Shown here: piece after piece, positions 26,901 to 39,939 of the stretch | Numbering within the stretch: position 1 is the first letter of the stretch | How the letters are laid out: the number at the start of each line of letters is the position of its first letter | Notes under the pieces: generated by a model | Database searches by the model: none | What the model was told of the DNA's origin: nothing | The model's input: only the letters and a program-made list of their open reading frames with translations | Assembly (NCBI RefSeq): GCF_004010195.1 | Contig: NC_057720.1 | Span: 67,372,844-67,436,843, forward strand | Source: Chiloscyllium plagiosum | Taxonomy: Eukaryota | Direction: 5' to 3' | Length of the DNA stretch: 64,000 nucleotides | Translations under genes and position numbers: made by a program

Positions 26901-29149
26901 CTACATTCATGCAAATCTTCAATTTAACCTCATCAAGTCACTTTATGATTTGAACATGCAAACTAAATTATTCTGTAACATTCTAAATTTCAAGGAATAC
27001 ATCCCCAATTCATACAATCTGCATAATTTAATTTTCCAGACCCTATTTTGGTGAATCTCCCTCCAAATTCGATATATCCTTCCTGAGGCATAGTTCCTAA
27101 ACTGAGAGAAATGCTCCAAATGGGGCCTGACCAAACCTCTATACAACTGAAGAATAATATCTAGTCTTATATTCCCAGAATTAGTGTTGTTCATTTTGAA
27201 TATGCACTGTTGTCCGTTTTGTTTTAATTGATTCTAGGATATCTGAGCAATCACATTTTTCTATTGTGGTTTGAACGATTATGGGACATGTTATCACAGG
27301 GATAAAAAAGCAGAAGTATAGGTCAGAGAGATCAGTGTTGAAAAAATTGAGCAAGGCGAACAAAACAACTGTGGAGAAAAGAGGAAGTAAATGATTCAGA
27401 AATAAATCCTGCACCAATGCCGTTAATGAAGGGTTCACTTCATAGATGTTGTGGCTGAATCGCTGATTTATTCCAGCTATTCCTATTTTTGTTACTGAAA
27501 CCACAGTGTTACACTCATCTGATATTTTCCACTTCAACTGAATATCTCCACTATTTTAGTGCACACATGTTTACACCTGAGATGCTGTTGGAATCAGAGT
27601 GCCATCTTGAGTTGTCACACAGGCTCTTTATCTCACAGATACAATTCCAGTGGGTCCCAGGACTCTTGGGCTACATAAGCCAGATTCAATGCATACTGCT
27701 GGAGTTTGCCATGCACTGGATTCAGAGACTTGAGCTCAGTTCCAGCTGTTTTGCTGGAACTGATACTAACTTGTGGACAATGCTGCAGTATGTTACAAAG
27801 GGAGTGAAGAAGGTACCAGAGACAATGGGTTAAGGACAAGTTGGAAATTAATTAGAAATCCTTCAAAAGAGAGTGTAATAATGAGTAAAAGAGTCAAAAG
27901 ATGCCCATCTGTTCGAGTTAGTTTTATTAATCACAGTGTAAAGATTCCATATTTGTTATTGGGCCAGAAACTCAGTAAAAATGGACAAGTCTCTCACTCC
28001 CAGTTACAATCCAGCAAGTCTCTGTTAGAATGTGTTCATGATGGGGTCAGACCAGATTCAAATACAATGTGACGGCTTTCACAGTTGAATAACTATCAAC
28101 ACTTACAATTCAAGCATGAAAACAGAAAACCACCATATGGGTGAATATTACTGAATGCCTTCTGCATGTAGAACTAAACCTCAACACAAGAGCTAGGAGA
28201 GAGCTGACGGCTTCAGTTTGTTAATTATTTTGTAATTGTTCCAGCCCATCTCTGGAATGAATATTAATGTCAGTAAATTGTAATTAGCTACAAATCCACA
28301 GAACCATCTCAGCAGCCTCTTCCAGCAAATATTTATATAAAGAAAAGCTTTCATTTGCAATAATTATTGTAATACAATCAATGCAACAGATAATGTATGC
28401 ACAGCAAGTTCCTACATGCAGCAACATGTTAAATCCAGAATAATTTGTTTTTATGATACTGGTTGAGGAAACTTCTCAATAGAGTGTCAATGTTGATTCC
28501 TGTGTTAAGGTCCTGAAATGGGACTCATCCTATAACCTTCTGACTCAGAGACAGGACAGCAACAGAGCCGCAGCTAAACTGAAAAACACCCTCTATATTA
28601 TCTTTGAGAAAATAAAGCATGTTGTAAATGTTTAATTTATAAAACATGTTTAACAAGGACACCCAGCAATCATAATAAATGCAACATGAGTACTTCTGGA
28701 TCATTTACAGTGTATGTATACAGTAGATATATATATATAGAAGATGCCTATGTCTATATGTCCTGACAGCTCTTCGCATGATCCAAACATGTAAGTGTTT
28801 GAGAGTGATAGGTTGCTGGCAGTGAGAGACAGTGTGCGACAGTGTATGTATGAGGCAGACTGGATGGATACCTCATTGTTTTTATGATCCGGTCTGTTTC
28901 TGTGTGTGTGACGGTCTGTGAGTGGCACAGTAAGTTTGTGGATGTGTCAGTGCAGATGTGAGACAGTGAAGGTTTCTGTGAAAGGGGCACTCAGCCTGTG
29001 TGTTTATTTTGTGCGGAGAGCTGACAGCTCGGACACGCTGGGTTACAGTGCCAGATGTGGCAGCATTGATCCCTGTGCCGTGAGCCATATGACTCCCTCT
29101 CAGAACTCTGGGGGAAGGGGTTACACCGTCTCTCCCTCTCAGGCGGAGG

Positions 29150-29790
29150 TGGGTACTGCAGATGCTGGAAAAGCACAGCAGGTCAGGCTCTTACCTGGGA
29201 AGAAGTTCCTATAAACGGCGAAGTATCCCACCAGGGCGAGGTAAGCAGCGACCAGCAAGGCGAAGAAAAGGCCGGCCAGCAGCTTCCAGCGCCGGCGGAT
29301 GGAGAGTCCGTCCCTCCCATCCTTGTAGAGAAACTCTCGGTCCGGTACCAGCTCCAGCATCGCGACTCCGGCCTCTCTGTCCCCGCTCCGCTTCCCCCTC
29401 AGGGTTTTCCCAAAGGCCTGGGAGGAGCTCAACCTGCTCCCTCCCCTCAGAGCCGCCCAGTTCCTGCTTCCCAGGCAAAAACCACCCTGATCATGACAGA
29501 ATCAACCGCCTCACACATCACAACTCTAAAATTAGAGGAACCACACAGTGTCTCACAAGTGCAGACGCTAAGGGAACTAAGTTTAGAAACTATTTGATAT
29601 GGGATGAAATACAGCCAATCCCACGGCGCCCCAGATAAAAGCAGAGAGCGGTATTGACACTGGTTGGACCTTTGCACTCGGTTTCCAACCGGATAAGTTG
29701 CTGCTGAGTGGAGCAGACAGTGTCAGACTCTGTACTGTCTGATCAAGAAACCCGCTTCCCTGGAAAAAGGTCACTTGGCCCTTCACGCCT
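29150..29790 (-). promoter_or_regulatory. CpG island / putative FAM151A promoter
   Basis: Local GC and CpG enrichment over exon 1 and upstream; CCAAT element (agccaatc) near 29613. Confidence 0.5.
29195..29360 (-). CDS. FAM151A: FAM151A coding exon 1 (cytoplasmic tail plus type II TM anchor)
   Basis: ATG at 29360: MLELVPDREFLYKDGRDGLSIRRRWKLLAGLFFALLVAAYLALVGYFAVYRNFFP. Donor CAG/GTAAGA at 29195, phase 1 matches exon 2; CpG-rich context. Confidence 0.85.
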
Positions 29791-30389
29791 GTGCTAACTC
29801 TACAAAATGCATCTCCAATTCATCCCAATGCCCCAGTTCCTTCCCACAGTCCTGTGCATTTCTGAATATACAACCACGTCTCTCTTGAAGGTTAATATAG
29901 AACCTGCTATATCATGAGGCAGCCTAACAACACTGTCTCCCCTCATTTCTCCCGTAGTTCCATATTGCCAGGGAGCACAAGAATCAGTACACCATAACCC
30001 CTGAGTAAGATCACAGGCTAGATTCTACCTCCAGTCTGCTTTCCGGTCCTATTCCTTTATTTTCTTAAAATGTCCAAAAACCTAACAATCTAACACTTGA
30101 AAGTGGTCAACAGCTGAACAGAAACCTACATCTGTGTCCTTTGGTTCTGAACCATCTCACCAGTAGAAACAATCTGTCCTCATTTATCAAAACCTTTAAT
30201 CGTTTCAAACACCTTTTTTAAAATTATCTTTTAGTTTTCTTTCCTTGAAACAAAAAAATCTCAAATCCTCTAACCTTTCCTCTTGCCCACCAGCTCTGCT
30301 ACCATTCTAATAAATCTCTGCAACCTATAAAAGGCCTTGTCATTGTTGCTAAGAAAGATGTTGTGAAACTTTCAAGGGTTCAGAAAAGG

Positions 30390-30903
30390 TTAGATTAGAT
30401 TCCCTACAGTGTGGAAACAGACCCTTCAGCCCAACAAGTCCACATCGACCCTCCGAAGACTAATCCTCCCAAACCCATTTCCCTCTGACTAATGGACCTA
30501 ACATTATGGGCAATTTATAATGGCCAAATCACCTGACCTGCACATTTTTGGACTGTGGGTGGAAAGCAGAGCACCCAGAGGAAACCCACACAGACACAGG
30601 GAGAAGGTTAGATTAGATTACCTACAGTGTGGAAACAGGCCCTTCGGCCCAACAAGTCCACACCGACCCTCCGAAGTAACCCACCCAGACCCATCACCCT
30701 CTGACTAATGCACCTAACACTACAGGCAATTTAGCGTGGCCAATCAATCTGATCTGCACATCTTTGAACTGTGGGAGGAAACCGGAGTACCCGGAGGAGA
30801 CCCACACAGACACGGGGAGAATGTGCAAACTTCACATAGACTGAGGCTGGAATCGAACTTGGGTCCACAGTGCTGTGAGGCAGCAGTGCTAACCACTGAG
30901 CCA
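30390..30903 (-). mobile_element. Two tandem HE1-type SINEs (30390-30607 truncated; 30608-30903)
   Basis: Two (gatta)n tails and two V-domains. Confidence 0.9.
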
Positions 30904-31241
30904 GGTTTTTATGTTGCTGCACAGAACTGAAGACGATAGCCTAGCTGGAGCCTACCTGAACATTTACCTGCAGGTTCAGTATCATATCCTTGCTCTTGTG
31001 CCCTGTGCTCCCATAAAAACCAGGTTCCCGGATACTTTTTTTAACAACCTCATCAACCTGTCCCATCACTTTCAACGATTTCTGTATGTCTCACTTCCCA
31101 CACCTCATTTTGTAAAATTTATTCAGGGGATGTGTATGTTACTGGCTGAGTCGGCATTTATAACCATCACAAATTTTCCTGAGGAAGGTAGTGGTGAGCT
31201 GCCTTCTTGAACTGCTGCAGTCTATGTGGTGAAGGTGAGAA

Positions 31242-31774
31242 TGTGTATAGGATATAAGCATGTAGGGAAAAAGTTTTATGAAACAGAGGTCAAACTGAGC
31301 ATGATTCAGATCAGATAAGAACTTACTGTTAACAATGGGGTGCTGGAGGCAAGGGTAATGGGTTAACAAGGTGGAAAAGCATTCATTATGTAGAGCTATT
31401 TAACAAGATGAGATAGCATTCAGTATGTAATGTCAGTTAACAAGGGGGAAAGTATTCATTATGTGAATCCAGTTAACAAGGTTAAGAATATTCATTGTAT
31501 AATAGTAAAGGGCTTGGTCTCTGCTATTAATACTCATTGATTGTAATGGGCACCCAATTAATATGCATGTTGCCTTATCTGGATGCTCCTCCCTGTAAAA
31601 TGACTATATAGTTCATTGAGAAACTGCTGTTCCAGAGAAGACTGAGAACTCATGTCTCTGTGCAAATGGGCAAATGTTCTCTCTCCCTCCAGGGCCTGTA
31701 ATAAAGATGAAGGAGGTAAAACTACACTATGTCTCTGAGCATTTTGTTTCGACTGATGAGGGAACGGAACGACA
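31242..31774 (+). mobile_element. Retroviral-type LTR
   Basis: TG...ACA ends, four about 35-40 bp U3 repeats (gttaacaag...attcattatgt), TATA-like ctatatag at about 31604, AATAAA at 31700, immediately followed by a PBS. Start uncertain (31242 or 31261). Confidence 0.8.
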
Positions 31775-31778
31775 ATAT

Positions 31779-31796
31779 TGGCGTAGTCGGCAAGAT
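31779..31796 (+). other. Primer-binding site complementary to the tRNA-Ser 3' end
   Basis: TGGCGTAGTCGGCAAGAT matches 17/18 the complement of vertebrate tRNA-Ser 3' end (TGGCGTAGTCGGCAGGAT), 4 nt after the LTR CA. Confidence 0.88.
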
Positions 31797-32214
31797 CCAA
31801 GCAAATAGTTACAATCGGATGGTATCAGCAGCCACCCGGAACATCCGTGTCTCGAGACAGATGGACCCACAAGGTAAAATTTTAAACCTTGGTCCCTCTC
31901 AATATTCCTGTCTGCCGGAGACGGTCCCCTCAGTCAATTGCTCTCTATTCTACAGATTCCTCAAACAGTAATTTGTTCTGTCGTGAGACACAGTTTCTCC
32001 AGCCCACTGGCAGGCAGAGGTTTGAGTCCTTTGTGCTGCTTTGGGGGATGGGGGTGTGATTGACGTTTGAGTCCTCTACATGGTTTAGAGTCCCCTGGGG
32101 TGGGGTGGGTTGTGATTGAGGTTCGAGCTTTCTGTGTTTAAGTGGGATTTGAGTTATCTGTCTTTAAGTGGAATTTGTGTCCTCTGCATTTTAAGTGTGG
32201 CCTACAGAGAATCT

Positions 32215-35002
32215 GCAGTAGTGAGTAGAGTGGGTTCTTTCTTGATTAAATGTTTTTGGCGATATGTCTCTTGATTAAGCTTCAAATATAAGCCATAACT
32301 ATTCATTTAACCTGGGGCAGTGTTTGTAGAGGAATAAGATGGTTTTAATTTCTGGGTCTGTAGATTGTGAAAGAACAAAAATGGCCTTTAATAGAGTGAT
32401 ATGTACTTCTTGTCAATGTGGGAGTTTAAAGAGAATTTAAGGGTTACTGCAGATTATATCTGCCATAAATGCTGTTGGCTGCAAATCTTATCAGATCGAA
32501 TGGATCGGTTGAAGAGACAGTTAGAAGCAATGAGGAATTTGCAACAGCAACAGTATGTGATGGATGGCAGTTATAGGAAGGGGGGGAAGTTGTAGATACA
32601 CTCCCATAGATGGATTAACTCCAGGAAAGGTAAGAGAGGTAGGCAGCTAGTGCAGGAGTCTTTTGTGGATATACCCATTTCAAACAGGTATGCTGTTTTG
32701 GAATATGTAGGGGGTGATCGATTCTCAGGGCAACGTAGCACAAACAGTTGGTTTCTGTTATTGAGACTGGCTCTAATGCAACAAGGGGTACGTTGGGTTC
32801 CAAGAGATCAATTGTGTTAGGAGATTCTCTAGTCCGAGGTACAGAAAGACTTTCCAAACATAGACTGGGACTACCATAGTGTTAAGGGTTTAGATGGAGA
32901 GGAATTTCTTAAGTGCGTACAAGACAATTTTCTGATTCAGTATGTGGATGTACCTGCTAGAGCAGGTGCAAAACTTGACCTACTCTTGGGGAATAAGGCA
33001 GGGCAGGTGACTGAGGTGTCAATGGTGGAGCACTTTGGGGCCAGCAACTATAATTCTATTAGATTTAAAATAGTGATGGAAAAGGATAGACCAAATCTAA
33101 AAGTAGAAGTTCTAAATGGGAGAAAGGCCAATTTTGACGGTATTAGGCAAGAACTTTCAAAAGCTGATAGGGGGGAGATGTTGGCAGGTATAGGGACGCC
33201 TGGAAAATGGGAAGCCTAATTAAGGAGAATCCAAAGGGTTTTTACAAATACATTAAGGACAAAAGGGTAACTAGGGAGAGAATAGGGCCTCTCAAAGATC
33301 AGCAAGGTGGCCCATGTGGGGAGGCACAGGCAATGGGGGAGATATTAAATGAGTATTTTGCATCAGTATTTTCTGTGGAAAAGGACATGGAAAAAATAGA
33401 ATGTAGGGAAATAGATGGTGAGAACTTGAAAAATGTCCATATTACAGAGAAGGAAGTGCTGGATGTCTTGAAACGCATAAAAGTGTAAATTCCCAAGACG
33501 TGATCAGGTATACCCTAGAACTCTGTGGGAAGCAACGGAAGTGTTTGCTGGGCCTCTTGCTCAAGTATTTGTATCATTGATAGTCACAGGTGAGGTGCCG
33601 GTAGACTGGAGGTTGGCTAACATGTTGCCACTGTTCAAGAAATGTGGTAAGGACTTAGCCAGGGAACTATAGACCAGTGAGCCTGATGTCAGTGGTGGGC
33701 AAGTTGTTAGACGGAATCCTGTGGGACAGGATGCACATGTATTTATTTGGAAAGTCGAAGTCTGATTAGGGATAGTCAACATGGTTTTGTGCGTGGGAAA
33801 TCTTGTCTCACAAATTGATTTGAGTTTTTTGAAGACGTAACAAAGAGAATTGATGAGGGCAGAGCAGTGGATGTGATCTATATGGACTTCAGAAAGGCGT
33901 TCGACAAGGATCCCCATGGGAGACTGGTTAGCAAGGTTAGATCTCATGGCTGAAAGGTAGAAGACAGAGGGTGGTGGTAGAGGGTTGTTTTTCAGACTGG
34001 AGGTCTGTCATCAGTGGTGTGCCACAAGGATCAGTGCTGGGTCCACTACTTTTTGTCATTTATATAAATGATTTGGATGTGAGCATAAGAGGTATAGCTA
34101 GTAAGTTTGCAGATGACACCAAAATTGGAGGTGTAGTGGACAGCGAAGAGGGTTACCTCAGATTACAACGGGATTTTGATCAGATAGGCCAATGGGTTGA
34201 GAAGTGGCAGATGGAGTTTAATTTGGATAAACGCGAGGGGCTGCATTTTGGGAAAGCAAATCTTAGCAGGACTTATACACTTAATGGTAAGATCCTAGGG
34301 AGTGTGGCTGAACAAAGACACCTTGGAGTGCATGTTCATAACTCCTTGAAAGTAGAGTCATAGGATAGTGAGGAAGGCATTTGGTATGTTTTCCTATATT
34401 GCTCAAAGTATTGAATACAAGAATTGGGACGTCATGTTGCAGTTGTACAGGCCACTTTTGGAATATTGCGCGCAAATCTGGTCTCCTTCCTATCGGAAGG
34501 ATGTTGTGAAACTTGAAAGGGTTCAGGAAAGATTGACAAGGATGTTGCAGGGTTGGAGAATTTGAGCTATAGGGAGAGGTTGAATAGGCTGGGGCTGTTT
34601 TCCCTGGAGTGTCAGAAGCTGAGGGGTGACCTTATAGAGGTTTATAAAATCATGAGGGGCATAGATAGGATAAATAGACAAAGTCTTTTCCCTCGGATGA
34701 GGGAGTCCAGAACTAGAGGGCATAGGTTTAGGGTGAGAGGGGAAAGACCTAAGGGACAACCTTTTCACACAGAGGGTGGTACGTGTATGGAATGAGCTGC
34801 CAGAGGAAGTGGTGAAGGCTGGTACAATTGCAACATTTAAAAGGCATCTGGATGGGTATATGAATAGGAAGGGTTTGGAGGGATATGGGGTGAGTGCTGG
34901 CAGATTGGGCTCGATTGGGTAGAGATAACTGGTCAGCATGGACAAGTTGGACCAAAGGGTCTGTTTCCATGCTGTACATCTCTAATGACTCTCTGACTCT
35001 AA
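32215..35002 (+). mobile_element. CR1 (HER1-like) LINE with 5' region, internally deleted, non-functional
   Basis: ORF1 zinc finger (CTSC..WE...YICHKC) and esterase GDSLVRG, jump to endonuclease FPNIDW, RT GVPQGSVLGPLLF..FADDTK, tail tgactctc; frameshifts and stops. Confidence 0.92.
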
Positions 35003-35589
35003 GAGAGGTGAGAAAATCATTACCATGTCAATCATGATCTTATTTTGTTGAAATTGTAAGCTATGACAAGCCTTATCCTACTGCACTCGCTATGCAGCAA
35101 CACTGCCGTGATCCTTATATTCAGGATGTTTTTTGAGTTGTCAGGTTTTTCAGATTTTCAGTCATCTTTGAAACTGCTGACTGATTTCGCTAGTTCCTTG
35201 GGTTGCTTTGCTTAGCTCACCACAACCTGAACTTTGTTCCAGAAACCTCACTCCACACTATATGATAAATCAGGAATTGCACCTGCAGAAATGAATACAA
35301 TCCCACAATAAAGCAGCAACATCAGTTGTGACAACCAGGATGGAATACTTCAAGAAGGCAGAATCGAGGACAATTGGAGAGACAGAGAGAGAGAAAGAGT
35401 TTGACCAGGAACCAAGGCAACAGCAGGAGATGAAGAGTTTCTTTATGTAAGTATGACTCAAATTTGTTTTGGGAAAAGTGTTGTGGTTGTGGTTGTAAAT
35501 AAAACTAAATGATGATTACTCCTTACATTTAATCTTTAAATTTATTGAATTTTAATCATGAAGTAAACATGCTTCAATTGAGTAAATCT

Positions 35590-35730
35590 GAGTTCTGAGG
35601 AAGGGCCACTTGACATAAAATGTTAATTCTTACTTCTGTCCACAGATGCTCTCATACCTGCTGAGTTTTTCCAGCAATTTCTGATTTTGTTTCTGATTTA
35701 CAGCACTCTCAGTTCTTTCAGTTTTTATTA
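35590..35730 (+). mobile_element. Penelope-like terminal fragment (third family), decayed hammerhead
   Basis: agtt-CTGAGGA-agggccacttgacat-aaaatgtt-aatt followed by cacagatgct..cctgctgagtttttccagca. Confidence 0.6.
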
Positions 35731-35920
35731 TTAAAACTGTGCTTGTTGCACTTTAGCAACAATATGTCATAAAAATAGTAACAAATTGTGACAAAAAGTT
35801 ATAATACAATTTTAATTAAATAATATATCTGGTAACAGTAAAAAGCATGGACAAATTCGATTTTTAATTATTTTTTTATTAAAAATCAACTTAATATAGT
35901 GTGAATGCCTGTGTATGTGT

Positions 35921-36225
35921 GGACGGCATGGTGGCACAGTGGTTAGCGCTGCTGCCTCACAGCCAGAGACCCGGGTTCAATTCCCGCCTCAGGCGACTGA
36001 CTGTGTGGAGTTTGTACATTCTCCCTGTGTCTGCGTGGGTTTCCTTTGGGTGCTCCGGTATTCCTCCCACAGTCCAAAAATGTGCAGGTCAGGTGAATTG
36101 ACCATGCTAAATTGCCCGTAGTGCTAGGTGCAGAGGGGAATGGGTCTGGCTGGGTTACGCTTCGGCGGGTCGGTGTGGACTTGTTGGGCCGAAGGGTTTC
36201 CACACTGTAAGTAATCTAATCTAAT
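35921..36225 (+). mobile_element. HE1-type V-SINE, full length
   Basis: Head, V-domain and (taatc)n tail. Confidence 0.92.
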
Positions 36226-37158
36226 TGGCAATTATCATTGCTGTATATTTGCACCAGATTAATAGAAATGTGCATCCTAATGACTGTAGACAACAACATT
36301 TAAAAGCAGCATGCATAATATAAACTTACTGTCTACACTCTATATTAATACATATAGGGTTTTAATGAGGAAGTGGCTGGTTTAGTTAAATTCGATGCTT
36401 CACACTGACTCATAATAAACTACTGCATTGTATGATTCAGCATGTTCCGCAAAGGAATGAGAAGTCTGATGCAGATTGAAACATTCGTGTTTCTCATGCA
36501 CAGTGACTGAATATCTACCTTGCACTCCACCACTAGACCTGCAGTCTCATTTGCCTCCATACTTTGGCTATGGCAGTGCAATCTGCTCCTGTTAATTTCT
36601 CCTCTGGTCCATGAATACTATTGCAGGCCTCAGGGAATTCCATCAACAGAGTAATGAGTTAAATAGTCACAAAACGAACCATTAAAATCACTGGGATATT
36701 AAATTAAAACTATAATGGAAAAGGAGGATCTGTGAATTAATTAGTCAACATGTAGCAATGCTGCAGCAAAATCTATATCCACAGCCCCCCCTGCTGATAA
36801 TTTAAAGAAAACCTGATAAAGCCCATAATTATCAACACACAGAAGTCCGGGATGATGAAGGGCAATGCAGTCATAGCAATAAAATGCCGTGAAACGCAAC
36901 TTCATTCATGGATTTTCTCAGTATGGAAAGTATGACATTTTACAATTGTATCTCCCAATGTCTCAGTAATGTAAAGCATGCAGGGATCCGGGGGTGGTGC
37001 ACTGTTATATGCATTTGTTTCATGCTTGAGACTGAGGTACAACTAGTTCAGACAAAGGGATGAAAATTAATCTCTTTTAGATGCCAGTGTTTAAAATAAG
37101 TGGGGGCTATGAGGGAAAGGCGGAGAATTGTGACTAATTGGATTATTCTTTCAAAGAG

Positions 37159-37374
37159 TCGAAGAGTGTGGTGCTGGAAAAGTACAGCCAGTCAGGCAGC
37201 ATCTGAGGAGCAGGAGAGTCGATGTTTCGAGCACGAGCTCTTCATCAGGAGCTTTTGCCCGAAATGTCGATTTTCCTGCTCCTCGGATGCTGCCTGACCG
37301 GCTGTGCTTTTCGAGCATTACATTCTTCAACTCTGATCTCCAGCATCTGCAGTCCTCACTTTCTTCTAGTTGAG
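37159..37374. mobile_element. Palindromic PLE-terminus element with 12-bp TSD, inserted in a CR1 tail
   Basis: Inverted arms; minus-strand CTGATGA-A-GAGC-TCGT-GCTC-GAAACATC; tctttcaaagag at 37147-37158 and 37375-37386. Confidence 0.87.
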
Positions 37375-37761
37375 TCTTTCAAAGAGCCAGCACAAACAAA
37401 TAGATTAAATGGCCTCCTCCATTGCTACAAGGTTGTTTCACGCTATTCCCAGAACGTAGCTTCAACCAGCAATCTGAATCGAGGGCTGGCTGTCAGAAAT
37501 GAAAATCTTACACCGGTGCTGTTATGAAGTTGGGAGTGAGACCATGTTATCAAAGAAGTTTTTTTTTGTATTTGTTTTAGGGATGTGAGCATTGCTAACA
37601 AGATCAGCATTTCGTGCGGATCTTTCATTGACTTCCTTTTTAAACTGCTGCTGTCCACATGATTGAGATACACACACCATGCTTTTAGGACAGAAGTCCC
37701 AGGTTTCAAGCCAGTAGCTGTTAAGGAATTATGATCTCTTCACAAGTTAGGATGCTGTGAC

Positions 37762-37795
37762 GTGTGTGCGCGTGCGTGCGTGTGTGTGTGTGTGG
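37762..37795. repeat. (GT)n/(GCGT)n microsatellite
   Basis: cgtgtgtgcgcgtgcgtgcgtgtgtgtgtgtgtg. Confidence 0.85.
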
Positions 37796-37844
37796 TAGGA
37801 CGCAGGTGTGGGGGCAGCATCTTGTCGGTGTCAGTGGCTAACTA

Positions 37845-39080
37845 ATAGACAACAGAGACTTGGGATAAAGGGGGTAAATTCAGGAAGGTAACTAGTGGAG
37901 CATCACAGGGATCAGTGCTGGAACCACAATTATTTACAATGTATATTAATGATTTGGATGACAGAAGTGAATACACAATTTGTAGGTGACACAAAGATAG
38001 ATGGAAAGTGGTGGGGATGACACAAAGGGTCCACAAAAGAATATGGACTTGTGAAGTAAGTGGACAAAACAGCAGATGGAATATAAGATGTGGAAATGTG
38101 AGGTTATGTACTTTAGCAGGAAGAATAGAAGAACTAAATAAATTTTAAATGGCTATTTAAGTACTGCAGAAAGATGCAGCACAGAAGGTTTTGTGGGTCC
38201 TTGTGCACAAATCTCAAAATGCCAGTTCAACAGATAATAGGAAGGCAAATGGACTGTTAAGTTTTATTTCAAAGGGAATGGAATATAAAAGCAGGAAGAT
38301 CTTGCTAAAACTGTACATGGCAGACCACACCTGAAATACTGTGGACAGCTTTGATGCCATTACCTAAGGAAAGATATACTGGCATTGGAGGCAGTTCAGA
38401 GAAGATGCACTAGGTTGACTCTGAGTCTCAAGGGATTTTCTTATGAGGAGAGGTTGAGGTCTGTATTCATTGGGATTTAGAAGAATGAGAGAAGAACTTA
38501 CTAAAACATGAAAGACTCAACAGACAATCAAGGTATTTTTCAATGTATAATTTCAGCTACATCACACTGTAAATTTTTGCTATAAATTCTGTGCCTGACA
38601 ATTGTGTCCTCCACAATTACCTGATGAAGGAGCGGTGCTCCAAAAGCTAGTGTGCTTCCAATTAAACCTGTTGGACTATAACTTGGTGTTGTGTGATCTT
38701 TAACTTAAAACATTAAAAGATTGTTATGGGGCTTGACAGGTTAGATGCTGAGAGGTTTTGTTCCCATGTGAGAGAGTCTAGGACCAGAGGGCATAATCTC
38801 AGAGTAAGGGGTCACCCATGTAAGACAGATGAGAAAAATTGTTTTCTTTCAGAGCCAGTGGAAAGATTAACCACAGAGGGCTGTCAAAGTTGGGGGTCAT
38901 TAAGTGTATTCAAAGTTAAAATAGACAGATTTTTAAGCAGTAAGGAAATGAAGTATTATAGGGACAAGGCAGGAAAGTGGAGTTGAGAATTATCAGAGCA
39001 ACCACAATATCACTGTATGGCAGAATACTTGATGGACCAAATGATTTACTTATCTTCCTACATCTTATGGTCTAATGATA
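37845..39080 (+). mobile_element. CR1 LINE 3' part with nested PLE terminus (about 38510-38710)
   Basis: SGASQGSVLEPQLFTMYINDLD..ESRTRGH. The nested piece carries tacCTGATGAaggagcggtgctccaaaagctagt and aaacctgttggactataa. Confidence 0.85.
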
Positions 39081-39939
39081 TGAATTTTGCTCTGGTTTAA
39101 ATATATCATGCACAGACATCAGAAGTCTGGGCAGGAACAAATAAAATTAGAGGGAATATTATAGGCTGCTCCAGTTTAGTTTCTGGTTAATGGTAACCAC
39201 CATGGATAAGTTGAGTTTTACTCTAAATGCTACCCAGAGCTTGAAGTGTTTAATATGGACCAGAAGTAAAATTGATCACATTCCCCTTGTTCAATTAATA
39301 CAAACATTTACCATTTTTGAATCTTAAAACATAAAATCAATGGATCCTATTGTTTCAGCGACTGTATTTCATTGTGATAAATATCAACAGATTACTCAAG
39401 ACTTGTACTTCCTAAGTTATCTCGTCAACCTTACATATACCGCTCGCTGTGAAATATGTTACAGGTATTGTGACAGTCTGTTCCTAATCAACGGTACCTG
39501 TCATGATATTAAGAAGCTAATAAATCGAAGTTGAAATGTGAAGCTAGTAATTGGCTCTTTGATCATTGAGACCTGTGGATAAATGACAGTTTGACAACCT
39601 ATTTGGCAGGGTCTGTGACACAATAATCTATTATTGTTTAGTGCTAGGAAAGGCACAAGTGGAAGCACAGTGGAGCCAATGTAGATTTCCAGATATTGTT
39701 TACCTTTAATCCATTGTTAACCCATTTCCATGGGCTTGTTAGCAGGCTGTTAGCTGACAGGCTGAAAAATACAATTTCTGTCTCTCTGCTGGAACATAGC
39801 CAAATGTCACTGTATTTTTCCACTGCTTAATCCAATCTCATTGTCATACATTAAGGTGAAAAATGTAGATAAATATTTAGTAAATGTCACTCCGCTCTGA
39901 GAAATACTGGACCAGTTCCATCATAGCTACATGCATAAA

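Noticed and set aside
29361-29432. N-terminal extension of FAM151A given by the ORF track
   Set aside because: It starts at a non-ATG codon; the first in-frame ATG is at 29360.
31325-31500. Regularly spaced repeats resembling a CRISPR array
   Set aside because: Degenerate tandem units inside a vertebrate LTR, with no unique spacers and no cas genes.
35290-35452. Exon-like purine-rich stretch ending in T/GTAAGT
   Set aside because: No partner exons or recognisable product; may be old TE or lncRNA sequence.
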